Below, piece after piece: positions 39,240 to 47,902 of a DNA stretch of 64,000 bases (positions are counted from its first letter, which is position 1; each line of letters starts with the position of its first letter). The translations under genes and the position numbers were made by a program. Below the pieces are notes generated by a model. That model worked only from the letters and a program-made list of their open reading frames with translations. It was not told the DNA's origin and searched no databases. This stretch comes from Ignavibacteriota bacterium (GTDB taxonomy: Bacteria > Bacteroidota > Ignavibacteria > UBA10030 > BY39). Where the stretch lies: positions 21,222-85,221 of the forward strand of contig QOQV01000005.1 in the NCBI GenBank assembly GCA_003327435.1, written 5' to 3'.

Positions 39240-40379
39240 TTATTTACTATTTAAGACATGTTCCATTGCTAAAATTGTGTAAGCTGTAACTAACTCTTTT
39301 TTATTTTCCCACCAGCGGTTGTTTTTATTTTGCCAAAAACCTTCACCATCCTGCAAGCTAATTAATTTCTCTAAAAGCTCTTTACGCCAGTTTCTTTTTG
39401 TACCTGTTGTGTCTACTATAAAATCCTCACCGTAAGCCGTCAAAGCTTTTGCCATAGTGTGGTAGTAGTAAAACAAACCCTGCTCGCCAAGTTGAGGATT
39501 TTTTTCCACAGTAAAATTCTTTCGAATCCAATTATAAGCAGCTTGCACACGTTTGTCTTTATTGTCAACTCCTGCATATATGAAACTCTTCATTCCTGCA
39601 TATGTCATACTACCATACGATGTATAATTACCAGCTTTACTTTCACTTGGACTATAAATAAATCCACCGTCATCACCAGCCCATTCTTGGTCATTTGAGG
39701 TTTTTAGATTCTGGCATCTTTGTAAAAATATAATCGCACGATCCCAAAACAGTTCTTTACTTGATGCAACCGCAACACTCTTACCTGTACCAGAATGTTG
39801 ATGAGGTTTTCCGTTTTCTTCACCAACTTTACGATACTTCTCTGATTCCTTCAGAGCCTCGATAGCCCATTGTAAATTTGAAAGATCTGGTCGCTCTTTA
39901 TCTTTATACCCTATACCACCATAATTAATATTATTTCTTTCTATCCCAGAAGTTTCATCAAATTGAAGTGATAATAGAAAATCACGAGCGCGTCTTATTT
40001 CATCATCATAATCAGGGTTATTTGTAGCAACTAATGCCATAATACAAATAGCTGTGTTATATCCTGCAAGGTCATCAATATAAAAACCCCCATCTTCTTG
40101 TTGGCATCTTAAAATAAACTCAACGCCTCTTGCGACTGTAATGCTATTAATCTCTGAATACCCTTGAGCACTTTTCAAAAAAGCCGTTACCACTAAAGCA
40201 GTAACAGCTGGATAATGAATCCAGGAACCATCTTCCTCTTGATGTCGCTCTAACCACTTTAATCCAAACCGAATTGAATGTTCAGCTTCCTTACGTAATG
40301 AAATATCAATAATTTCTTGACTATACCCAGTTAGATTAATCAATAATAATAGTATTAGTATTGAAATTAATGTTTTCAT
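39240..40379 (-). CDS. Secreted prenyltransferase/squalene-oxidase-repeat protein (single barrel)
   Basis: Signal peptide; WLERHQEEDGSW, CQQEDGGFY, PDLSNLQWAIEAL, DGGFIYSP, SYGSMTYAG, LQDGEGFWQN. Confidence 0.85.
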   Translation of the reverse strand: MKTLISILILLLLINLTGYSQEIIDISLRKEAEHSIRFGLKWLERHQEEDGSWIHYPAVTALVVTAFLKSAQGYSEINSITVARGVEFILRCQQEDGGFYIDDLAGYNTAICIMALVATNNPDYDDEIRRARDFLLSLQFDETSGIERNNINYGGIGYKDKERPDLSNLQWAIEALKESEKYRKVGEENGKPHQHSGTGKSVAVASSKELFWDRAIIFLQRCQNLKTSNDQEWAGDDGGFIYSPSESKAGNYTSYGSMTYAGMKSFIYAGVDNKDKRVQAAYNWIRKNFTVEKNPQLGEQGLFYYYHTMAKALTAYGEDFIVDTTGTKRNWRKELLEKLISLQDGEGFWQNKNNRWWENKKELVTAYTILAMEHVLNSK

Positions 40380-40603
40380 AATTTTTTCATTTTTATTTTT
40401 TATATTTTTACCTAAAAATATTTTAATTATCTTTAATCTTACGTAATCTCTAATAGAGATTTTGCATAAATTGTTAGGTTCTATAAGGGATTTAATCTTT
40501 AATAGCTATATTTAGATTTTCACTTCAAGGAATACAATCTCATTTAATTCGTATATTTTCATTCTATTTTTAAAGTGACATTTTCAGGTAAATTATTTAT
40601 AAT

Positions 40604-40653
40604 GATATCTATACAACATAATAAAATAATATTCTGCATAACCAGCTATTTCA
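40604..40653 (-). promoter_or_regulatory. Copy 4 of the GGTNA-N25-TRTAGATA motif
   Basis: tgaaatagct GGTTA tgcagaatattattttattatgttg TATAGATA tc, right after the YdjY-like stop and upstream of 40379. Confidence 0.5.
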
Positions 40654-41382
40654 TTTGTATTTTTTTAATATTAATTTTACTGCGGTACCTTTAGATGGAA
40701 CAAGTTTATCATTTATTCTATATACTTCATCATCGGAACCAGTAGAAAGAGGATTATCTATAATTGTATATGGATCATGATATGTTGTAATAATTGATCT
40801 TTCAACATCAGCCATATATTTTCCATTAATAATTTTAGAACCACTGAATATCCAACAAGTATGTTGCATCGTTTGATTATTTTTTATATCCCATATACAA
40901 TCCTCAAGCCGCACAACTGTGTCTAGGCCATTATACTTCCACATTACATATATTTCTAAAGAATCACCCTGAGGAGTCGTTGAATCACCCTGATACTCTA
41001 CTCCTCCTTTATAATCCAAACCAATTAGTAAAAGTGCCACATGTAAATAATATGGAACTATATTTAACAGGAAAATACTTTCATGTAATTTCCCACCATC
41101 TGCACAAGCAGCTAATTCAATCATTCCTCTTTGTAAATTAACAATTCCTGGAATATGAATTTCTTTTGTCTCACTATTAATATATATATTATCCAATAAA
41201 TATATATTATCAGAAATTTTAATTAAAGGAGATGAATTCGAATCTTTTTTCGTATGTATATGTTCCAGAAAGTTTAAAGTTTCATACAAATTAAGCTTAT
41301 TACTAGTAAAATATTCTGATTGGAAAATTAAAATATTACCTCCAATTAATACAAACATATATATTTTCTTTTTAAACCCCAT
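40651..41382 (-). CDS. YdjY-like domain protein
   Basis: IELAAC...GKLHES, PYYLHVALLLIGL, PQGD.LEIYV.W, WIFSGS...YMAD match the YdjY-domain pattern as recalled; start uncertain (41382 or 41358). Confidence 0.7.
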   Translation of the reverse strand: MGFKKKIYMFVLIGGNILIFQSEYFTSNKLNLYETLNFLEHIHTKKDSNSSPLIKISDNIYLLDNIYINSETKEIHIPGIVNLQRGMIELAACADGGKLHESIFLLNIVPYYLHVALLLIGLDYKGGVEYQGDSTTPQGDSLEIYVMWKYNGLDTVVRLEDCIWDIKNNQTMQHTCWIFSGSKIINGKYMADVERSIITTYHDPYTIIDNPLSTGSDDEVYRINDKLVPSKGTAVKLILKKYK

Positions 41383-41471
41383 GAGCTTTTTTTAAACATT
41401 TGGTTAATTATCTATAATACATATTCCCACAATCCATACCTTTACCAGAATATTTTAGGAAAAATTTTGTA
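41368..41471 (-). repeat. About 105-bp duplicated leader, copy A (contains motif copy 3 at 41407-41456)
   Basis: Aligns by eye with 44971-45076 with scattered substitutions and a 2-nt indel. Confidence 0.9.
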
Positions 41472-41518
41472 TTAATAATCACATAAAAAATCGCAAAATA
41501 CTATTTATTTTCTTATTT

Positions 41519-44500
41519 TTACCTATTCTTAAATAATTCTGATGGATCTAATTTACCATATAAAATCCTGGTCATTTCTACTGGTTTTACTCCTTTTTTA
41601 ATTACAAAATCTTCACTAAATTTAACCTCTCTTTTAGTTTCTATTAATATATCTGCACCATACCTAAATAATATTAAAGCAACAGGTAAATTATTATTGA
41701 ATATACTCCAATGTAATGGTGTCCAACCATTGTCATCTTGTTCATTAATATTTGCACCCGTTGTTAATTTATACCTTATAATATTACCATAGTGTGGAAT
41801 GTACAGACAAATATTAGATAATGTTAATTGTACATTTTTCATAATATTGCTATTTACAGTATCTAATAAACTCTTGATCACAAGGGAATCATTATTGTAA
41901 GTAGCCAGGTGTAGTGGAGTTAATCCATCACTTGTTTTTATATTTGGCGATTCTCCACTTCGTAACAATGATTGTACAACACTACTATTACCTGAATATG
42001 CAGCAATATGAATGGGTTTCCATCCAGTAGAATAGTTATTTGCAAATAATAAATATAAGGCTTGAAAACCTGCAATAATGTCTGGTGTATTGAAGGAATT
42101 TAAACTTCTTATTCTTTCATACCTATCCCACAATTTAATTTTTGCATCAAGTTGTTTTGCTCCAAATCTCAATAATAATTCTACTACATCTACTTTTCCA
42201 AATAATGATGCAATATGTAACGGTGTTAAGTCATACGTATTCTCTTTTACATCTATATTGGCACCATATTCAATTAATATTTTAACAATCTCTGTATCCC
42301 CAGTAGCAGCTGCTATATGTAGTGGAGTCAAATTTGCATTTTTAAATAATGGTAAATTGAACAAATTCGATTCATTACAAGTGTACACATCTAATTTAGC
42401 CCCATTGTTTAATAGTAACTTTACATTTTTTCTATCACAATTCAATGTAACAAGATGTATAGGACGAATGCATTTATTGCTATAATTGCAATCAACATTT
42501 TTTGTTTTCAATAATAGTTCTAAAATGTTTTCATCTTTCATATATGCAGCATAATATATATGCCTTCCTGTTACTTTTGCTCCATTTTTAAGCAATAGGT
42601 CAACCATCTGTATATCTTTTTTAATCACAGCAATCTCCAATGGGGTAAAATCGCCAACAGCTTCCAATTCATACTCCGAACCAAATAAAAAGAATTTTCC
42701 TACAATGTTACCTGTTCTATAATAAAATGTATAAGAACGAGCTGTTTCATCAGGCTTATTCTTGATTATATATTGAATTAATTCAAGGTCATTGGTTAAA
42801 ACAGCAAAAATCAAGAGAGGAACTCCATCGTTCAATAACTTGTCAATTAAATTCTTATCTTTTTTTATAAAGTTCAATAACTCATTAGTTACAAATATCA
42901 TAGAATTATATGAATTGATTAATTCCAATGAATCGGTTTGATCTTCTACTCCAATTTTTCTTATGAGTGGATCTAATAATAGATCAAACACTGTTTGCCC
43001 ATTGACATTTTTGTCACTTATGTTAATCCCATAATCTAAAAGTAATTTTATACAAGAAGTTGAAAAATTTAAAACAGCCAGATGTAAATAATTATCATCA
43101 TAATCATTTTTAAGTTTAAAATTCACTCCAAGTTTTACTAAGTATTCGACTACCGCTGCTTGATTACCTTTAATTGCTGAATATAATGGTGATTTCTTAA
43201 AGTCACTTATATTTACCTGTAATCCTTTTGAAACTAAATATTTTAATATGTCTATTTCTCCATTATATGCAGCAACATTGACAAGTGGAACACTGTAATT
43301 CCTAAATTTCGCACTTTTTTCGACAATTAATTCTACAATATCTAATTTACCTTCACTAACAGCATAATGTAAAGCTGTCCAATCATCACTATCTGTTTCG
43401 TCAATATCGATACCTTTATCGATAAGTAATCTTACAACATCAATACAACCATTTTTTGCAGCATAATGCAAAGCTGTCCAACCATAATTATCTTCTTCAT
43501 TAATATCGGCACCATTTTTTAATAATAATTCAACTATTTTAATATTACAGTTATTAGCCGCTATATGTAATGGAGTTATACCTATTGTATCCTGTACATT
43601 TGTTTTCGCCTTTTTCAATAATAATAATTCAACAAATTCTTGATTATCTTTAGCTACAGCTAGGTGTAGTGGTGTATAACCTCTATTATTTTCTGTATTT
43701 ATTTTTGAGCTATGTTTTATTAATAATTTTATGATTTCATTTTGTTGTATTAAGAAATTGTTTGATAATGCTATATGCAAAGGTGTATCTCCTTCAGAAT
43801 TTTTCACATCAACATTTGCACCATTTTCTATTAATAGTTTGATGATATCTATATATCCATTCTCAACAGCAATGTGTAATGGAGTCATTTTAGAATCTAA
43901 TAATTCGATATTTGTTCTTACTTTTTTACTCAATAAATTTTTCACTAAATCAAGATTATTGTACTCAACTGCTAAATATAATGGGGTAATTCCAATTTTA
44001 TTTCTACTATCCGTATTTGCATTCTTTTCTATTAAATAATTTACAATATCAAAATGCTTATTATAAATTGCAATAAGAAGAGGACTATTACCATCCTTAT
44101 TATAAACATTAATATCTGCTCTTTTTTCAAGTAATTTAATAACAAATTGAATGTCACCTAATTCCGCAGCATAATGTAATGGTGTAAAACCATCCCGATT
44201 AACTTTATTTACCTTAATGTCATAATTTAATAATAAACTTGATGCATCTACTCTATTATTAACCAATGCTAAATGAAGTGGTGTATTTCCATCCTCATTT
44301 TGAATATTCAAATCTGCTTTATAGTCCAAAAGCAACTTAATCAAATTAGTATCAGCATTTACTACAGCAATATGTAAAGGCGTATTACCGTATATATTTT
44401 GATCATCAATATCCAATTTATATTTAATTCCAATTTTTATTAAATCAATGTCATTTAAAGCTGCACCAAGATGTAATAAATTATTTTTAAATTGATCTTC

Positions 44501-44971
44501 TTCATCTATTGTATTGGCTATCACTTTCCTATCCATTAAATCAAGTAAATAATAAACTATATCTTTTCTTTTTTGCTCACAGGCTAATAAAAAAGCTGTT
44601 TTCCCATCTTTTGTTCTTATTTTTGTGTCGACCTTTTTGCTTATAAAATATTCTATTATTTCTCGATATCCCTCTTGTACAGCAATATGAAAAGGAGTTA
44701 AATTAATATCATCCCTTGAGTCAACAAGTGCACCGTTTTCTACAAGATATTTGACAATCTCAATATTACCTCGAAATGTCGCAATATGCAATGGAGACAT
44801 TCCATTTTTATCTTTAATTAACAAATTCATGTTTTTAATATCTAAAGATTTCAACGCATTAAAATTACCATTCCAACAGTATTCAAATAACAACTTTTCA
44901 CTTTGATTTTGTGAATTTGAAAAATTAAATAGATTAACTAAGAAGAAAAAATAAAAAAATATTTTTTTCAC
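41519..44971 (-). CDS. Secreted ankyrin-repeat protein (1150 aa)
   Basis: More than 25 G-x-TPLH-x-A...LL-x2-GA-D/N-x-N repeats; N-terminal signal peptide; GTG start. Confidence 0.93.
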   Translation of the reverse strand: MKKIFFYFFFLVNLFNFSNSQNQSEKLLFEYCWNGNFNALKSLDIKNMNLLIKDKNGMSPLHIATFRGNIEIVKYLVENGALVDSRDDINLTPFHIAVQEGYREIIEYFISKKVDTKIRTKDGKTAFLLACEQKRKDIVYYLLDLMDRKVIANTIDEEDQFKNNLLHLGAALNDIDLIKIGIKYKLDIDDQNIYGNTPLHIAVVNADTNLIKLLLDYKADLNIQNEDGNTPLHLALVNNRVDASSLLLNYDIKVNKVNRDGFTPLHYAAELGDIQFVIKLLEKRADINVYNKDGNSPLLIAIYNKHFDIVNYLIEKNANTDSRNKIGITPLYLAVEYNNLDLVKNLLSKKVRTNIELLDSKMTPLHIAVENGYIDIIKLLIENGANVDVKNSEGDTPLHIALSNNFLIQQNEIIKLLIKHSSKINTENNRGYTPLHLAVAKDNQEFVELLLLKKAKTNVQDTIGITPLHIAANNCNIKIVELLLKNGADINEEDNYGWTALHYAAKNGCIDVVRLLIDKGIDIDETDSDDWTALHYAVSEGKLDIVELIVEKSAKFRNYSVPLVNVAAYNGEIDILKYLVSKGLQVNISDFKKSPLYSAIKGNQAAVVEYLVKLGVNFKLKNDYDDNYLHLAVLNFSTSCIKLLLDYGINISDKNVNGQTVFDLLLDPLIRKIGVEDQTDSLELINSYNSMIFVTNELLNFIKKDKNLIDKLLNDGVPLLIFAVLTNDLELIQYIIKNKPDETARSYTFYYRTGNIVGKFFLFGSEYELEAVGDFTPLEIAVIKKDIQMVDLLLKNGAKVTGRHIYYAAYMKDENILELLLKTKNVDCNYSNKCIRPIHLVTLNCDRKNVKLLLNNGAKLDVYTCNESNLFNLPLFKNANLTPLHIAAATGDTEIVKILIEYGANIDVKENTYDLTPLHIASLFGKVDVVELLLRFGAKQLDAKIKLWDRYERIRSLNSFNTPDIIAGFQALYLLFANNYSTGWKPIHIAAYSGNSSVVQSLLRSGESPNIKTSDGLTPLHLATYNNDSLVIKSLLDTVNSNIMKNVQLTLSNICLYIPHYGNIIRYKLTTGANINEQDDNGWTPLHWSIFNNNLPVALILFRYGADILIETKREVKFSEDFVIKKGVKPVEMTRILYGKLDPSELFKNR

Positions 44972-45076
44972 TTTTTAAACCCCATAAGCTTTTTTTAAAC
45001 ATTTGGTTAACTATCTACAATATATATATTTCCACGATCCACCCATTCACCAGAAAATTTTAGAAAAAATTTTATA
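44971..45076 (-). repeat. About 105-bp duplicated leader, copy B (contains motif copy 2 at 45010-45061)
   Basis: ctttttaaaccccat.agcttttttt.aaacatttggttaa.tatcta.aata...accagaa.attttag.aaaaatttt shared with 41368-41471. Confidence 0.9.
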
Positions 45077-45154
45077 AAAATGTTTTTGTTGTGAAAATTC
45101 TTTAAAATTTAATTGTTTTGTGGGATTTTTAGGGAACTGAGAAGTGTTATTTCA

Positions 45155-46639
45155 TTACTTCTTAACGGTCTGATTACCGCTTAATTCTCTATTCATCTTT
45201 TCCAAATACCGTTTATTCATTGTCGGTGTGTAAACAAATGTCTCACCGTTCCAGTATTGAATGCCTCGCCTTAAATTTTCCAGGTATTGCTGATCTATTG
45301 CCCCTTTTAATCTTCCTTCCTTGACTAAACGATTCCTGAAGTTAGCAAATGTATCGCTTACATCTGTTTTATAACATTGCATTGTTGAATCAAAATAATA
45401 CAATGCAAAACAATAATCGTTATGCGCAATGGATTCAAATATATCTATATTAAATAACTTATCATTAATAGGTTTCATTATCCTTGCTTCATTCCTTTTA
45501 TGTAATGCATAATTTTTAATATCCGGTCGATCTACTAATAGATAATATTTCTCCATACCAGCAGTTACATTGATTGGAGTGTAATTTAAAGGTGCTGGAC
45601 TGTGCCCAATTATAAATTTAGGGTCCAAAACCGCAATAGATGCAAGGTCATAACCATTATTCAAACCGATTGCAAATATTTCTTCTATTCCGTCATCATC
45701 AATATCTCTATGGTCTATTTGATATATAACACCTGAATGCCAATATTCACTTATTAATTTTCCATCTGAAGCATTTAGCAAGAATATGCAAGTAGGATAT
45801 AGATTTTTATGTACTGCAACAACAACAATTTCCTTTTTCCCATTCTTATCAAAATCTCCAACACAGAATCTTGGGATAACATAATTATCCTCAAATTTTT
45901 CATTTCCAAATTTCATTTCACGATTAAAAGTATATACCCATTTCTCCTTACCTGATGCATCATAACAATAAAGCTTGTTTTTATATTTCCAGTCAGAATA
46001 ACTAAATGTGACTATAACTTCTCTGGTCCCGTCACCATCAATATCTTCGGTGTTTAAATATGTTTCTGGTTCCACATATTGATACTGATACCTTTTAATT
46101 ATTTCAAGATAATCGAAACCTGTCCCTATTTTCTTCCTCCATAATTCATTTCCATCTTTGTTATAAACAACGAGGAAATCATCCTTTGCTTTTGCAAAAT
46201 CTGGATTCTTATCACCGCATGCCCTAAAGAAGAATGTTATAATCATAAGCAAACATGCCGCAATGGCAAATCCTCCTACACTCTTTACAGGATGAACTTT
46301 CACATAATTAACTATCCGTTGTGGAAGTGGACGTTTAGGTTCTATTACTTCAAAAAATGTAGAGATTGCATCTTCAACTTTTTTTTGCTTAACAATGCTC
46401 CTATCCTGAGGAATCATTTCATTATAAAAGAATTTTAGAGCTTTTCCCTGTACCTGCTCGCTCTGACCTTCTGCGACCTCCTTTTCAAAATTTTCATAAA
46501 ACTCCTTAGCTAATTCAAAATAGTCACGGCAGTAAGCACAGGATTTAAGATGCTGCAAATATTCTGATTTTTGCTCTGAATTCAGCTCTTCCGGGGCAAA
46601 AATTAGCTTATCTAACTCTTTTGTATCTATATGCATCAT
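45155..46639 (-). CDS. Putative ZAS anti-sigma factor with TM helix and extracytoplasmic FG-GAP/VCBS-like beta-propeller
   Basis: MHID..EL...L...EYLQHLKSCAYC (HxxxCxxC); TM VGGFAIAACLLMIITFFF; repeats DIDGDGTREVIV, DFDKNGKKEIVV, DIDDDGIEEIFA. Confidence 0.72.
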   Translation of the reverse strand: MMHIDTKELDKLIFAPEELNSEQKSEYLQHLKSCAYCRDYFELAKEFYENFEKEVAEGQSEQVQGKALKFFYNEMIPQDRSIVKQKKVEDAISTFFEVIEPKRPLPQRIVNYVKVHPVKSVGGFAIAACLLMIITFFFRACGDKNPDFAKAKDDFLVVYNKDGNELWRKKIGTGFDYLEIIKRYQYQYVEPETYLNTEDIDGDGTREVIVTFSYSDWKYKNKLYCYDASGKEKWVYTFNREMKFGNEKFEDNYVIPRFCVGDFDKNGKKEIVVVAVHKNLYPTCIFLLNASDGKLISEYWHSGVIYQIDHRDIDDDGIEEIFAIGLNNGYDLASIAVLDPKFIIGHSPAPLNYTPINVTAGMEKYYLLVDRPDIKNYALHKRNEARIMKPINDKLFNIDIFESIAHNDYCFALYYFDSTMQCYKTDVSDTFANFRNRLVKEGRLKGAIDQQYLENLRRGIQYWNGETFVYTPTMNKRYLEKMNRELSGNQTVKK

Positions 46640-46650
46640 ATTATTTTTCT

Positions 46651-46700
46651 ACTATCTATATATATTATATCAACATCTTATACCTTAACCGTAAAATTTT
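46651..46700 (-). promoter_or_regulatory. Copy 1 of the GGTNA-N25-TRTAGATA motif, between the sigma-like and anti-sigma-like genes
   Basis: aaaattttac GGTTA aggtataagatgttgatataatata TATAGATA gt; 33 of 50 positions identical, ungapped, to 41407-41456. Confidence 0.6.
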
Positions 46701-47731
46701 CACAATTCTTTCATTAAATGTTTCTTAAACTCTTCGATTGCTATTTTCTTCAAATATTCCATCTTTGACTTATATTTAATCTCATATTGATTTTCATCAA
46801 TTGGTAAATAAGTTTTCAAATATTTATAAAGCGATTCACATTGTTCAAAATTACTGCATAAGTCGTGAAACATATCACCAAAAGCTTTTATAAATGCCTG
46901 AACCTCTTCAAGATTTAATTTTCCCTGATAGTAATATGTAAATATAAGTTTCTGTTTAATAATTAATTCAACATCTGCACGTATCCTATCAATGTCATAT
47001 TGAGTCAATCCATCGCAATCGAATACCGGATAATCAGTTTCCACAACAATTTCATATGATTGAATTTTTTTAAAGATTTGAACTAAATCAATCAAAGGTA
47101 CAGAAGTTCTGTAAATTTTATGTTCAACAAAAATGGAATGTAAGATATCCATCAAATAAGGTGTGTTCGTGTTGCGATGATTTAGACGATTTAACATTTC
47201 TTTTTCGAGTAATTCGATTGGAAACTTCTCGAGATATTCGTCTGAATCACCATTTTTTAGTGAAACAACACAACCCCTATAATCTTTTATTAACTTTAAT
47301 TTAGGTGAGTTTTTTAAATATGCAACCAAATTCCTGTGAATTTTCGCGCCGATTGGATCAGCTATTGCGTATTGTTTTGCAAGTTCGTTATCTGCTAAAC
47401 GAATTAAAAATCCCTTGTATATTAAAAATAATTCGCCACCAAGAATATCATCAAGCTTATCCTGAAATTTCGCGACAAAATCCTGCAACCTTACGAATTG
47501 ATTCTTAATGTTGCGTTCATAAATTTTCTCAAGGCACAACCCGACAAGGTCATCCAGTGTATAGTCGAGCTTCAACATTATATTCAGTAACGAGCGTTTA
47601 AGTGTAGTAAGATAGGATTTGATAATTGCACAATTTATCCCATGAAACTCTAAAAACTCGGAATAAGATATGCTTTCTCCATTCCGAATCTTGTTCAATA
47701 TTTTTTTTATATATAAAATATTCGGGCTCAT
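46700..47731 (-). CDS. Hypothetical cytoplasmic helical protein, possibly a highly divergent ECF-like sigma factor
   Basis: The ORF is clearly coding (343 aa). The sigma call is inference from TLDDLVGLCLEKIY and KGFLIRLADNEL (sigma2-like), SLYKYLKTYLPI...KSKMEYLKKIAIEEFKKHL (sigma4-like) and its position upstream of a ZAS protein. Confidence 0.55.
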   Translation of the reverse strand: MSPNILYIKKILNKIRNGESISYSEFLEFHGINCAIIKSYLTTLKRSLLNIMLKLDYTLDDLVGLCLEKIYERNIKNQFVRLQDFVAKFQDKLDDILGGELFLIYKGFLIRLADNELAKQYAIADPIGAKIHRNLVAYLKNSPKLKLIKDYRGCVVSLKNGDSDEYLEKFPIELLEKEMLNRLNHRNTNTPYLMDILHSIFVEHKIYRTSVPLIDLVQIFKKIQSYEIVVETDYPVFDCDGLTQYDIDRIRADVELIIKQKLIFTYYYQGKLNLEEVQAFIKAFGDMFHDLCSNFEQCESLYKYLKTYLPIDENQYEIKYKSKMEYLKKIAIEEFKKHLMKEL

Positions 47732-47858
47732 TTTCTAAAAACAAAACTCCACCACCAGTCCCGTGAAAACTATTGAACACTAAACTCAGGGTCTTTAAAA
47801 ACAAAACTTCAAGTTATAGAACCACAAGGATCAGATCGGAAGCATAATTACCATATGA

Positions 47859-47887
47859 AATATAAAAAAACCACTTTATATTGTCAA
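47859..47887 (-). promoter_or_regulatory. Near-consensus sigma70 promoter for the 343-aa gene
   Basis: TTGACA-17 nt-TATATT, implying a 5' leader of about 120 nt. Confidence 0.7.
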
Positions 47888-47902
47888 GTTTTGGGCGAAG
47901 AT

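Noticed and set aside
39240-40379. Squalene-hopene cyclase / hopanoid biosynthesis
   Set aside because: Single barrel, signal peptide, no DXDD motif and no hpn genes nearby.
40604-46700. CRISPR array or integron attC sites as explanation of the recurring motif
   Set aside because: No regular repeat-spacer periodicity, no cas or integrase gene, and no RYYYAAC...GTTRRRY palindromic structure.
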